From assembly GCA_017467335.1 (NCBI GenBank), contig JAFTSJ010000006.1, forward strand, positions 9,847 through 73,846: a stretch of DNA of 64,000 nucleotides. Reading direction: 5' to 3'. Positions 1 through 9,747 of this stretch are shown one piece after another. The DNA comes from Alphaproteobacteria bacterium (lineage in GTDB: Bacteria > Pseudomonadota > Alphaproteobacteria > CAAHEQ01 > UBA3637). The notes beneath the pieces were generated by a model. It had not been told where the DNA came from and searched no databases. It was given only the letters and a program-made list of their open reading frames with translations. Each line of letters starts with the position of its first letter. Position 1 is the stretch's first letter. The position numbers and the translations under genes are program-made.

Positions 1-1
1 T

Positions 2-397
2 CCTTTTTGGAAAAATGTCATTTTAGATTTTTTAGAATATAAGTTAAAACAACAAGAAGAAAAATTATTTAAACAAAATATTGACCTATTAAATGAATCA
101 AACCGTGTTCTTGAAGATATCAGACGAGAAGAACACAGACAAAAAGAACTAATCAAACAATTTGGGGATCAAGTTGCAAAGGAAGGATTTCATATTGATG
201 CTTACCGACTGATAAAAACTTATTTCAGCATGTATCGACAAGATCCGAAAAAAGCCTATGAAACACTTATTTCCAATCCAGCTTATTTTTCTCACATTAT
301 AACAACCGATAAAGATGATAATATTTTATTAACACCGACAGAAGCAATTGAAGAAAACAAAAAATTAGCCTCTTTTTTGAAAAAACTAAAAATATAG
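2..397 (+). CDS. hypothetical protein, C-terminal part (gene starts left of the window)
   Basis: Frame 2 is open from the window edge to TAG at 395-397 (…LISNPAYFSHIITTDKDDNILLTPTEAIEENKKLASFLKKLKI*). No motif recognised. Confidence 0.4.
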   Translation, partial: PFWKNVILDFLEYKLKQQEEKLFKQNIDLLNESNRVLEDIRREEHRQKELIKQFGDQVAKEGFHIDAYRLIKTYFSMYRQDPKKAYETLISNPAYFSHIITTDKDDNILLTPTEAIEENKKLASFLKKLKI

Positions 398-460
398 CAT
401 TTGACAATCAGATAAAGTATGTTATAATGTAAAAATCATATATTTTTAGAGGAGTGTAAA

Positions 461-2353
461 ATGGCATATTCATTTCTATCTCAAGAAGAAATCGAACGTT
501 TATCCGTTATTTCAAGTGAATCATTTAGTCGTAGTTTGCGTGATTTTAAAGGCTCGTTAGCACAAGAAGAACAAGAAAAAATTGACGAGGCTATTAAATC
601 AAATGATATGGGGAAACTGTCAACAATAATTACAGGATTAAATGGCACATCAGGCATTGATACAAATGCCATTGCTCAAGTACACGCACGCATTCAAGAA
701 AAAAGAAGAATTGACAATGCTATTCAAGCATCAAAAAATTACCATTATATTGCAAAAAAGAAAACAAACGGAACACCTCTAACTGATAGGGAAAAAGCAT
801 TCTGGGACAAGAAAGATGAGTATGCACAACAGGTAGCAGAGGTTCACTCTAAATATTCTAAATATTTTAAACCTGCTGATCATTTTACGGAAAATCAAAC
901 TATTTCATTTTTTAATGAACCGCAACCGCAATACACGACAAGCGTTTCAAATAATACAGTCACTTCTTCACCTGATTTTAACATAACTAATCCGATTCAG
1001 GATGAACCAGAAAAGACAACTGTTCCACATTCGCTTTCAACATTTGATATTTCCAACCCTGATTATCAACCGGAACCATTCCGAATGAGTAATAATAACG
1101 ACCCAAAAGGCGAATCGATTGCTCAAGACGAAACACGAACAATTTCGGCTTCGGACACAGCTATTGAGCAACATTACGACGGTTTACCATTTGGGGATCC
1201 GGACAGATATGATTCGTTTACGGGCGATTCAGATTATGATAATCAGTATCAAAAAGAAGCAAATTTACGTGATGATGCACGTGAAGGAAAACAAACAGCT
1301 CCCCAAAGCATTGAAGATCTTTATAAGGATCGCACTCAAGGTGAATTTGGTTATGCCGGTGATTGGCAATTTTATGAAAAGAAAAAAACAGATTGGCTCC
1401 CTATTTTTGAAAAAACTGTATTGGAACCGATGAAAAAATTCGGCGGTGAAAAAGAAATTGGGGATTTAATTATGAATGTTATGTTCCAAGCATCAATGAT
1501 GCCTTTAGAATTTTTAACAGCATATTTAAAACAAAGAACAGAAAAAAATAAAGAAGCAAAAAAGAAATTTGATGACAGTCGTGATGCTGCCATTGACAAT
1601 AATCTTAAAAATCGGGGTTTATCCCGCAATGATTTAGCAGCACAATTGGCACATCGAGCCAAAAACTGGATTTTGAACGATCCTCGTTATCCGAATTTAC
1701 CTCAAAGAGGACCATACTCAAAATTAGAACAAATTCTTGTCGCTCGCAGGGATTTTGCTCGTTCATTACCACGGACGGCTTCCGGTGATTTAGATTGGGG
1801 AAAAATGACAACAAAACAGCATAAACAATATGCTAAATATGTAGCATCCTACGCTAATTCGCCACAATGGAAAGGCTATGTTTTTGAAATGGCCGGTGTT
1901 CGTTTAAAAAGCGATGAAATGTCAAAACAATCCAAAATTGCTTCTCAAATGCGTGTACGGGATTCATTTGTCAATACAAATCAGCCTGCCACCGTTACAA
2001 ATCAGCCTGCCCCCGTTCAAACACCACCTACCGGAACCCGTACACCCGAAGAAATAAAAATGCGGAACGAAGCATTGCAACGTAAACGGGTTGAAAATAT
2101 TGAAATTGTTGAAGTTGGTGGTAGTTTAAAAAATCCGAAAATCCGTGTCGATGGGCAGGAAATGCGAATTGAAGCGACAACATTGGAGGAATTAAAAAGA
2201 TTGCAAGACAGACTTAAACGGGAAACAGACGCAACGAAAGAATCTCGTGCTCAAATTCATGCTATGCTTAGAAGTGTAGAAGCCGTTCGTAGCGGTCGTG
2301 CTACAACCGTTTCTTTGACACCGACACGCACAAGAACCGGTAATACGAAGTAA
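461..2353 (+). CDS. hypothetical protein (630 aa), charged and low-complexity, coiled-coil-like C-terminus
   Basis: Long ORF with a GAGGAG RBS 6 nt upstream of the ATG. No catalytic motif recognised. Contains a short direct repeat NQPATVTNQPAPV. Confidence 0.55.
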   Translation: MAYSFLSQEEIERLSVISSESFSRSLRDFKGSLAQEEQEKIDEAIKSNDMGKLSTIITGLNGTSGIDTNAIAQVHARIQEKRRIDNAIQASKNYHYIAKKKTNGTPLTDREKAFWDKKDEYAQQVAEVHSKYSKYFKPADHFTENQTISFFNEPQPQYTTSVSNNTVTSSPDFNITNPIQDEPEKTTVPHSLSTFDISNPDYQPEPFRMSNNNDPKGESIAQDETRTISASDTAIEQHYDGLPFGDPDRYDSFTGDSDYDNQYQKEANLRDDAREGKQTAPQSIEDLYKDRTQGEFGYAGDWQFYEKKKTDWLPIFEKTVLEPMKKFGGEKEIGDLIMNVMFQASMMPLEFLTAYLKQRTEKNKEAKKKFDDSRDAAIDNNLKNRGLSRNDLAAQLAHRAKNWILNDPRYPNLPQRGPYSKLEQILVARRDFARSLPRTASGDLDWGKMTTKQHKQYAKYVASYANSPQWKGYVFEMAGVRLKSDEMSKQSKIASQMRVRDSFVNTNQPATVTNQPAPVQTPPTGTRTPEEIKMRNEALQRKRVENIEIVEVGGSLKNPKIRVDGQEMRIEATTLEELKRLQDRLKRETDATKESRAQIHAMLRSVEAVRSGRATTVSLTPTRTRTGNTK

Positions 2354-2372
2354 GAATATTATAGGAGACAGA

Positions 2373-3596
2373 ATGGCAAAGAAAAATAAACTTCATCCGA
2401 TTAAATTGATTTTAACAGGGGTGTTATGGAGTGCTTTTTATTTTGGAATATTTATGGTAGCACTCGGTTGGTTTCTTGATTTTAATTTTTTATCTGCTAC
2501 AAGTTGGTCAGAAAAATATCAAGCATTCATCGATTATCGATGGAAAATCAAAACCGGATTTGATTTTGTTTTATTGTTCTTCATGTTATTTTGGATTCCA
2601 CTGTGGTTGATTGGTTGGCGATTGGTTTATCTTGTAAAATGGGAAAAATTCAAACCATCTCCTCGCCGCCGAACCATTGTGAAAAAAACATTTGAACTGA
2701 ATGAAAACAAACCATTGTATCATATGCCTCGCAAAATGCCGGCAACAGTCCAAGTCCGCCGTTATGTTGCTCCTAAACTACCGAACCAAGTAGAAGAAGT
2801 TAAATCCGGTTCGAAGAGCCATACTAATCTTGTTCAGATGATACGTTTAATTGCAACGTTAGCAAAAAAATACAAAGTTGAAATATTTCAACATATTTTG
2901 TTGGAAGGAAACCGTGTTCCAATGGCTATTTCAACAGATGCACGAGCTGTTTTGATTGAAATTGTTAACCGTAAGAATGTCAATTGGTCAGTCGAATTTT
3001 CAGATGATGTAACTCAAAGCAATTGGTATTCCGAAGGAGGCGTTATGGATAAATTAGCCATGGATTTAGTACGAGCGACTGCTTCACTGGCTAAATCTGA
3101 ACCTAATTCGGAAATTTTATCGGCCATTATTGTAACAGACGGTCGTATTTTAAATACCAAACAAGCGGTTGATTATTTTAAATCAAAAGGCATTTTCCTG
3201 ATTGGGTTTAATAATGCTGAACCAAAATCTGATTTACCTGATTTAGCCTCCTTTTTGAGTGCCTATTTTGATTTAAAAGATGGTGAAACGGATCCAGCCC
3301 CTCATCCGGTTGAAAAAGTGCCACTTAGACAAAAAGAAACAAATCAGGAACAACCTTCTGATAATGTTTCTAATGATATTGAAGATGATGAAACGGATGA
3401 TGAAACAGACGAAGAAATTGAAGAAGATGAAGATGATGATATTGATACGGATGATTCGGATGATTTGGACGACAATGAAGATACAGATATGGACGAAGCA
3501 GAAGATGATACGGATGATATATCTGACGAAACTCAACAATCTCCAAAAATTCGTGCTCCAATGCCAACTCCGTCTAACACAACAACAGATGAGTAA
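2373..3596 (+). CDS. membrane protein with about 70 aa poly-acidic (D/E) C-terminal tail
   Basis: ORF with an AGGAGA RBS. Three or four N-terminal hydrophobic helices. Tail reads DIEDDETDDETDEEIEEDEDDDIDTDDSDDLDDNEDTDMDEAEDDTDD. Function unknown. Confidence 0.55.
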   Translation: MAKKNKLHPIKLILTGVLWSAFYFGIFMVALGWFLDFNFLSATSWSEKYQAFIDYRWKIKTGFDFVLLFFMLFWIPLWLIGWRLVYLVKWEKFKPSPRRRTIVKKTFELNENKPLYHMPRKMPATVQVRRYVAPKLPNQVEEVKSGSKSHTNLVQMIRLIATLAKKYKVEIFQHILLEGNRVPMAISTDARAVLIEIVNRKNVNWSVEFSDDVTQSNWYSEGGVMDKLAMDLVRATASLAKSEPNSEILSAIIVTDGRILNTKQAVDYFKSKGIFLIGFNNAEPKSDLPDLASFLSAYFDLKDGETDPAPHPVEKVPLRQKETNQEQPSDNVSNDIEDDETDDETDEEIEEDEDDDIDTDDSDDLDDNEDTDMDEAEDDTDDISDETQQSPKIRAPMPTPSNTTTDE

Positions 3597-3599
3597 GCC

Positions 3600-4097
3600 A
3601 TGTTACAAAAATTTTCCTTTTTAAAACAAGCACCCCTCGCTGTTAAAATCAATTACGGTATTGCAACCGGTTTGGGAAGCGGTTTATCACCCAAAGCCCC
3701 GGGGACAGTTGGTTCATTTTGTGCCTTATTGCCTATTTGGGGTGCCATCCAATTCGGTAGTATCGGCATTCTTGTATTAACTTTCTTTTTCTTTATAACC
3801 GGTTGGTATGCTACACACGTTGTTTTGTCAACTCAACTTAATAAAGATCCCGGATACGTTGTTATTGATGAATTTGCCGGACAAGCAATTACGTTTTTAT
3901 TTGTCGCATCTTATGTTTTACCGTGGTATTACTACCTTCTAGGGTTTGGGTTATTCCGTTTTTTCGATATTATCAAAATCGGTTTTGTTTCTTATTTTGA
4001 TAAAAAAGTTCAAAACGCCTTTGGTGTTATGACTGATGATATTTTTGCCGGATTATACGCCGGTATTATTTTGTATGGAATTCATTATTTTTTATAA
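3600..4097 (+). CDS. pgpA: phosphatidylglycerophosphatase A
   Basis: Motifs GLGSGLSPKAPGTVGS, VVIDEFAGQ, FRFFDIIK and MTDDIFAGLYAGI line up with E. coli PgpA from memory. Size of 165 aa fits. Confidence 0.8.
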   Translation: MLQKFSFLKQAPLAVKINYGIATGLGSGLSPKAPGTVGSFCALLPIWGAIQFGSIGILVLTFFFFITGWYATHVVLSTQLNKDPGYVVIDEFAGQAITFLFVASYVLPWYYYLLGFGLFRFFDIIKIGFVSYFDKKVQNAFGVMTDDIFAGLYAGIILYGIHYFL

Positions 4098-4109
4098 GGA
4101 GAGTAAACA

Positions 4110-4346
4110 ATGAATGAAAATGAAATTTTAAACAACAATAATCATTTTAAGCATGCTTTAGAATTATATGCCCAATCAAAAGGATATCAATTGACACCGT
4201 TTGCAGATAAAATCATCAATCGTTGTATCAATGCTTGTCAAGGACATTGTCCGTGTGATGTTTCTCGTGGTTTTTGTCCGTGTGGAGAACATGAAAAAGA
4301 AATTGCTGAAAAAGGTCATTGCCACTGCAATTTATTCAAGAAATAA
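4110..4346 (+). CDS. ferredoxin-thioredoxin-reductase catalytic-subunit-like small Fe-S protein
   Basis: CPC…CPC…CHC signature (GHCPCDVSRGFCPCGEHEKEIAEKGHCHCNLF). Strong AAGGAG RBS. Confidence 0.6.
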   Translation: MNENEILNNNNHFKHALELYAQSKGYQLTPFADKIINRCINACQGHCPCDVSRGFCPCGEHEKEIAEKGHCHCNLFKK

Positions 4347-4361
4347 TTTAAAACATTACAA

Positions 4362-4390
4362 AAAAGGAGATTTTTTCAATCTCCTTTTTT
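4362..4390. terminator. bidirectional rho-independent terminator between convergent genes
   Basis: aaaaaaGGAGATtttttcaATCTCCtttttt: an A-run, an 8 bp stem and a T-run. Confidence 0.6.
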
Positions 4391-4433
4391 AATTACCAAT
4401 CAAATATAAAATATTATATTTTATCAAATTCAA

Positions 4434-4895
4434 TTAAGCGTTTAATTTTAATGCTTCTAAAATCTGAATTGTTTCTTGAGAACTTGTATGTAAAATACCA
4501 ATACCACCGGCTTGTTCCCATTGACAAATATTTTTTTTACGGTCATCAATTAAAATATCGCCTTTTTGACAATATAATGACTTATCCTTACTCAAACAAC
4601 AAATAACCTTAATATCGTTTCCTAAATGTTGTTTTACCCACGCTCGTTTTTCAATTTCAGCCGTTTTATATCCTCGTATAGGTAAACCCGTTAAAATTTG
4701 ATATGTTCCTTGTGATAAATAAGATATGAGCATATCAGCATCTGCCATTTTTTTCAAATTCAACCAATAGCCGGATGTTATCGATACAACATCCCATAAT
4801 TCTTTTCGTGAAATTTCAGAAGGTAATTTTCCGGCAATATCAAAAAAACCACCATCAAAATCCGTCAATACCCCATCTAAATCGCAATATATCAT
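4434..4895 (-). CDS. HAD-superfamily hydrolase, 5'(3')-deoxyribonucleotidase-like
   Basis: N-terminal HAD motif I (MIYCDLDGVLTDF). Size and the late …LIDD… motif are consistent with NT5C-type nucleotidases. Confidence 0.6.
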   Translation of the reverse strand: MIYCDLDGVLTDFDGGFFDIAGKLPSEISRKELWDVVSITSGYWLNLKKMADADMLISYLSQGTYQILTGLPIRGYKTAEIEKRAWVKQHLGNDIKVICCLSKDKSLYCQKGDILIDDRKKNICQWEQAGGIGILHTSSQETIQILEALKLNA

Positions 4896-5020
4896 TTTAT
4901 TATCCTCTTGCTTATTTTACTATAATAAATTTAATATTACAAATTCTTTTTGTGGTACCATATAAAATGTCTGATTACAAAAAAATTATTCTTGCAACCA
5001 GACAAAGTATATTCTATCTC

Positions 5021-5278
5021 TTAAAAAACAGATATTTCAATTTTAGCATTAAAATATTTAATAATTTTTAAAATCAATCCAAAATCAATATCATCTTTAT
5101 TTGTATAATTTCCTAACTCAATTCTTTCAATGAGTTTTTTGTCTTCTTGGATAATTTCAGAAAAAGAGTCAAGTGAAAGTTGACGAGCATGTCGCAACAT
5201 ATACAAATTCATACCTAGTCCTTTTAATCCGTCTTCAACAAATAACGAAACAGGAATAATTATCTGTTTATTTTCCAT
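5021..5278 (-). CDS. XRE-family helix-turn-helix transcriptional regulator (small)
   Basis: Pattern LYMLRHARQLSLDSFSEIIQEDKKLIERIELG resembles the HTH_3/XRE fold. 85 aa. Confidence 0.45.
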   Translation of the reverse strand: MENKQIIIPVSLFVEDGLKGLGMNLYMLRHARQLSLDSFSEIIQEDKKLIERIELGNYTNKDDIDFGLILKIIKYFNAKIEISVF

Positions 5279-5705
5279 TTTATGCTCCTTGTTTTAAATA
5301 AAAAAAAGAAACTACGTAATTTCAAAAATCATTTTAATATCGAAATATTATTTTGTCAACATAGCGAATATTTTGAAAAAATTAGATTTTTAATTTATTT
5401 TTTCTAATTGTTTTATAAAGATTAAAATAATACAAAAACAATCAAATTAACCTAAAATACATTTATTTGAATAAATACGTATTAAAATTTTGGGTAAAAA
5501 AAGATTAAAAAATTTCCTTTTTTTTATTATTTTATATAAAAAAGCCAAAATACCTTATTCAAATAACACCTTAATTTTGTTAAGATCGTATAAAATAATC
5601 TTTTTAGGATAACCTATCTGACAAATAAATTTAGTTATACTCATAACCAAAAAATATAGATATTCTTTTATACCAAACTCTTATAAGTTATATGACATCT
5701 GATAC

Positions 5706-5737
5706 AAAAAAAACCACCCTTCGTAAAAAGGGTGGTT
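5706..5737 (-). terminator. rho-independent terminator of the autotransporter gene
   Basis: On the minus strand: ACCACCCTttttacgaAGGGTGGT followed by a T8 run. Confidence 0.7.
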
Positions 5738-5756
5738 TTCAAATCAGAAACAATAA

Positions 5757-8699
5757 TTAGAATTTGTATTTCAAGTTAGCCAAACCTGTATGATTTGTAT
5801 AATCGCCTTTGAACAAACCTTCGTATTCAATTGCAATTTCGGCCTTACGATTGATATCTAAACCAACTTTTGCCCCAACTTCAATACCAAATCTATCCAT
5901 ATTTTCCGTTGTAACTTCATAAACTTTACCATTTAATAAGTTAACACGAGTCTTTGTATCAGGTTCAACAAAGTCATATGTAACAGCGGCTCTTAATTCC
6001 GGATACCAAGACAATGATGGCGATAATGTATATCCAATTGTGTACTGAGCACCCAAAATACCTGTTAATGTTTGACCATCAGCAGAACCGACTTTTTGAC
6101 CTAACGAATCTGTGTATCCGTGTTGTTTTGTGTACAAGTAACGCAAACCTAATTCCGGTTTAATAACACCACTTGCCCAGTTTCCAGATACATACGGTCC
6201 CATTTTCCGTCCCAACATGATTTGAGCACCAACAGCATCAACATCATAATCTGCTGATACGCGATGATTAAATACTTTTTTGGTTTCATCATATTGTGAA
6301 CGTGTGTACATAGCTAACCAGTTAGCATAGAACCGATTCGGATTGTATTCTCCGTAAATCATACCCGTATGTGAATCAATTTCCGTTTCACGACCGACTG
6401 AATCACCATCAGCTTTTGTGTAAGCATAAGAAAGACCCATTCTTAACGCTTCGGAAATATGACCATCAAAACCAACGGCTATACCATGGGTATCCATATC
6501 CCAACCTTTACGAACATCATATTTAGATTTACCGTACAATCCTTGTACCCATAAATTTGATTCATGTCGTGGGAAACGATAGAACCGTTTTCCATTATGA
6601 ACATAACCTGTGCGTTCCATTGAATTGTAGAAACGTTCTGAAACAATGGCAGACAAACGACGTGTAATTTCCGTTGCATGTGCTTGAATCAACGGAGAAA
6701 CATCCGGAGCTAATCCATCCAACGCATCCCGATAACCTGACGGGTTGCTGACAGCGTTTTCCCATAATTCTTGTTGAACTTCTTCGGCTTCAGATCCTTC
6801 CGGCATAAAGTGAAGCGGTGTATCATAAATATCCCAACCTTCAGCCGTGTTTGTTTCATTCGCATCACATCCAGGGCATAACAACGTTCTATCCGGTTCG
6901 TCCGGATTGACAGGCGGATTATCAGGATCAACCGGTTGTGCCGGATAAGAAACTTTATATTCACCATTGCCTAACTTTTCAACGGTATATATCCCTTGAT
7001 TTGTTAAAGCCTGTTCAAAATCACCGCCAACCGTTGTTGCATCTAAAACCTTATAGATATACGAATCACCCGGTTTTAACGCATCCTGAATTTTATAATG
7101 CAATTTCAAAGTCGTATCAGTCGGATTTACAGTAACTGCATTCGCAACAATTTTACCATACTTATCTGTATCACGATTAACATGAGTCCGAATTTCAGAA
7201 CCCGTATTGACATTAACCGTATCTGCATAAATAACCCCTTCACCGGCAACATCATAACCACCTAAATCGATTGTTGCATTATTTAATGTTACATTACCGG
7301 TTTTATTTCTTTGTTTTGAGTTTATACCGTTATGTAATTGAATTTCACTGTTCGTAAAACGCATATTTCCGGCATTATAAATATCACCGGATTGGTCAAA
7401 AATTTGACTGACATTAGCCGGTAACTGTGCATCCGTGAATGGATCGTAATCTAAATCGATATCATCATGAACATCACTAAATACCATTTGAGCATTTTCA
7501 GCGTTATAAGCAATACTTCCCAAATCAGCTGTATTACCAACTATTTTAGTATCACCGGTTATAAACATTGACCCTCGGTTATGTAAGGCACCACCGTTAC
7601 CGGTTGCTTCATTACCGGATAAAGTAACATTATTTAAAACAGCTGTACCAACATTATAAACACCGGCACCTTCTTGAGCTTTATTATTAGATAAAGTTGA
7701 ATTATTGATTGTAACAACACCACCATTCGGACGTTCATTGGTTCGACCGGCATTCGCAATAGCACCACCAACTTCCGTTGCTGTATTACCCGATAAAGTG
7801 GCATTATTTATTTCCATTTCTCCCATATTTAAGACAGCACCACCGTTAGCCGTTGCCGTATTGGATGACAATTCATTGGAAGAACCCGTCAACTTAACCG
7901 TATCAGAATTGTAAATAGCCCCACCTTCTTGGGCTTTATTACCGGTAAATGTTGTATTACCTGCCATATTGACCGTACCATCAAGAACAGCCAAACCACC
8001 ACCGAAACTACCCGTTGTGCCTGTGGCTTTATTGCCGACAAAATCTGTCTTACCTTTAAAATTAACCGTTGAATTATTGGCAACAACAACACCACCACCG
8101 ATTGCACTACCGTTTGTAGCCGTTGCTTCGTTTCCAGTAAATGTAACACCTTGATTAAAATCAACCGTTGCGGGTGAAACAATAGATGTACCCCCAACAG
8201 CCAAAGCCCCAGCGGCAGCGGCATAACTACCACCACTGTTAGATACGCCACTGGTAACAGTATTATTTGTAAATGTCGTATCTCCATTAAATGTTAATTG
8301 ACTGCCACCCGCAGTTAAAACAGCACCGCCAAATTGGGTTAAATCACCTGTTTTACCTGCCGGACGATTATTTTGAACAACCTTGTTGCCCGTAAAATCA
8401 GTCGCACCGTTCATTGTAACCGTGCCTTCATTATGAATGGCACCACCGGAAGCATTTGACGATACACCAGAAGCATCTCCATTAGCCGTATTATTTTTAA
8501 ATTGAACATTATCATATGTTTGCGACTGCCCTTGCTCAATACGAGCAACCCCACCATTTGCCGGATATGCTGCATTTCCGTTGGCGTTTGTTTTATTTTC
8601 GTACGTCGTAGCATACGTTTGAGCAACGACTCCCGAACTGACAACCGTCATGATCGTCGTTCCCAATAAAATTGCATATAAACCCTTGCGTGTGTACAT
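5757..8699 (-). CDS. autotransporter with polymorphic-outer-membrane-protein (Pmp-type GGA[ILV]/FxxN) repeats
   Basis: Signal peptide present. More than 10 repeats such as GGAIHNEG…TDFTGNK, GGAIYNS…, GGAVLNMG…, GGALHNRG…. C-terminal beta-barrel domain ends …LANLKYKF. Confidence 0.8.
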   Translation of the reverse strand: MYTRKGLYAILLGTTIMTVVSSGVVAQTYATTYENKTNANGNAAYPANGGVARIEQGQSQTYDNVQFKNNTANGDASGVSSNASGGAIHNEGTVTMNGATDFTGNKVVQNNRPAGKTGDLTQFGGAVLTAGGSQLTFNGDTTFTNNTVTSGVSNSGGSYAAAAGALAVGGTSIVSPATVDFNQGVTFTGNEATATNGSAIGGGVVVANNSTVNFKGKTDFVGNKATGTTGSFGGGLAVLDGTVNMAGNTTFTGNKAQEGGAIYNSDTVKLTGSSNELSSNTATANGGAVLNMGEMEINNATLSGNTATEVGGAIANAGRTNERPNGGVVTINNSTLSNNKAQEGAGVYNVGTAVLNNVTLSGNEATGNGGALHNRGSMFITGDTKIVGNTADLGSIAYNAENAQMVFSDVHDDIDLDYDPFTDAQLPANVSQIFDQSGDIYNAGNMRFTNSEIQLHNGINSKQRNKTGNVTLNNATIDLGGYDVAGEGVIYADTVNVNTGSEIRTHVNRDTDKYGKIVANAVTVNPTDTTLKLHYKIQDALKPGDSYIYKVLDATTVGGDFEQALTNQGIYTVEKLGNGEYKVSYPAQPVDPDNPPVNPDEPDRTLLCPGCDANETNTAEGWDIYDTPLHFMPEGSEAEEVQQELWENAVSNPSGYRDALDGLAPDVSPLIQAHATEITRRLSAIVSERFYNSMERTGYVHNGKRFYRFPRHESNLWVQGLYGKSKYDVRKGWDMDTHGIAVGFDGHISEALRMGLSYAYTKADGDSVGRETEIDSHTGMIYGEYNPNRFYANWLAMYTRSQYDETKKVFNHRVSADYDVDAVGAQIMLGRKMGPYVSGNWASGVIKPELGLRYLYTKQHGYTDSLGQKVGSADGQTLTGILGAQYTIGYTLSPSLSWYPELRAAVTYDFVEPDTKTRVNLLNGKVYEVTTENMDRFGIEVGAKVGLDINRKAEIAIEYEGLFKGDYTNHTGLANLKYKF

Positions 8700-8895
8700 G
8701 TTTTCCTCCCTAAGGTTTTAACAACTTCCGTCCATATACTACGGAATACTGATGTCATTATAGCACTCATCAAAATAAAAATCCAGTAAAAAATGAAATT
8801 TATTTACCTTTTTTTTACTTTTTAGCAAAATAATATATTTATCATATGGTTAATTTATTTTTCTATACTAAAAAATTATAAACAAATAATAACGC

Positions 8896-8928
8896 AAAAA
8901 AAGGATAAGTTGTGCAACCTATCCTTTT
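8896..8928 (-). terminator. rho-independent terminator
   Basis: On the minus strand: AAGGATAggttgcacaacTTATCCTT followed by a T-run. Confidence 0.6.
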
Positions 8929-8936
8929 AAAACCTT

Positions 8937-9665
8937 TTACCAAGAATGCCCTTGTGGTCCTCTCAGAGCATTTATAGACGGCGTTGGAGAAGTATCAACC
9001 GTACCCAAAGACGCCGTTTTCATTGTATTTAGCAAACCGCCACCGGAATTTCCGCCTAACGCATTAGAAGTCGGCGTTGGTGCCAAACTCACAACAGGTG
9101 TATCAACCGTAAGTGATGGTTGTTGCGAATTTACACTTGTATTTGTACTTGTATTTTCCGTATTAGAAGCAGATGTTTGAGTCTTTGTATCATTTTTTAC
9201 ACTGTGTTGTGATGTCTTCGACTTCCCATTCTTTTTACCAATTATATATCCTAAAAAAGTAAAACCGGCAATAGCTAAAAGCCTAAGCCCCCATTTAAGC
9301 AATGTTCCATCTTCTTCTTGCTGTTGGGCAGCCTGTGCTGTACCAACCTGCTCTCTTTTACGAGCTTCTTCTATTTCTTTTTCAGAAGGAACAAATAAGT
9401 AACTTTTACCGCCGCCCATGTTCCACAAAACACCTTTACCTTCAACATTAGCCTGTTTAACAACATTTTGTTCTTCCGGTGTTAATTGTTTTAAATAAGT
9501 CGAACGATTTTTGGCATTTCGCCCCTTTGCTACAGCATCATAATCTTTGGGACTGTTTTTCTGATCAATAATTTGAAAAGTTCCCCGTGTAACACTATAC
9601 GTACCTTCCGGAAATGGTTTTCCGGCTTCAAGTTGTGTTATTGATTGCAATTTATTGTCTGCCAT
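8937..9665 (-). CDS. hypothetical single-pass membrane protein with S/T-rich C-terminal region
   Basis: ORF with a GAGG RBS. One TM helix (LRLLAIAGFTFLGYIIG). No motif recognised. Confidence 0.5.
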   Translation of the reverse strand: MADNKLQSITQLEAGKPFPEGTYSVTRGTFQIIDQKNSPKDYDAVAKGRNAKNRSTYLKQLTPEEQNVVKQANVEGKGVLWNMGGGKSYLFVPSEKEIEEARKREQVGTAQAAQQQEEDGTLLKWGLRLLAIAGFTFLGYIIGKKNGKSKTSQHSVKNDTKTQTSASNTENTSTNTSVNSQQPSLTVDTPVVSLAPTPTSNALGGNSGGGLLNTMKTASLGTVDTSPTPSINALRGPQGHSW

Positions 9666-9747
9666 ATTTACCTCACTTAAATATATTACTATATCTTCAT
9701 ATTACACGTTTTAATTACAAAAAACAAGAATAAATTTTATTCATCTT

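Noticed and set aside
3273-3624. Three ORFs (3273..3539 -, 3280..3624 +, 3370..3567 -) in the acidic-tail region; also 47310..47660 and 47414..47626 inside the Nudix gene, and 49400..49705 inside the PDZ/radical-SAM gene.
   Set aside because: These are frame shadows of simple GAT/GAA repeats or of longer motif-bearing genes.
6479-8644. ORF-track entries inside the Pmp autotransporter on either strand (6479..6679, 6710..6967, 6938..7135, 7705..7914, 7889..8287, 7969..8154, 8411..8644).
   Set aside because: These are alternate-frame or antisense shadows of a repeat-rich 980 aa gene. They have no RBS and low-complexity translations.
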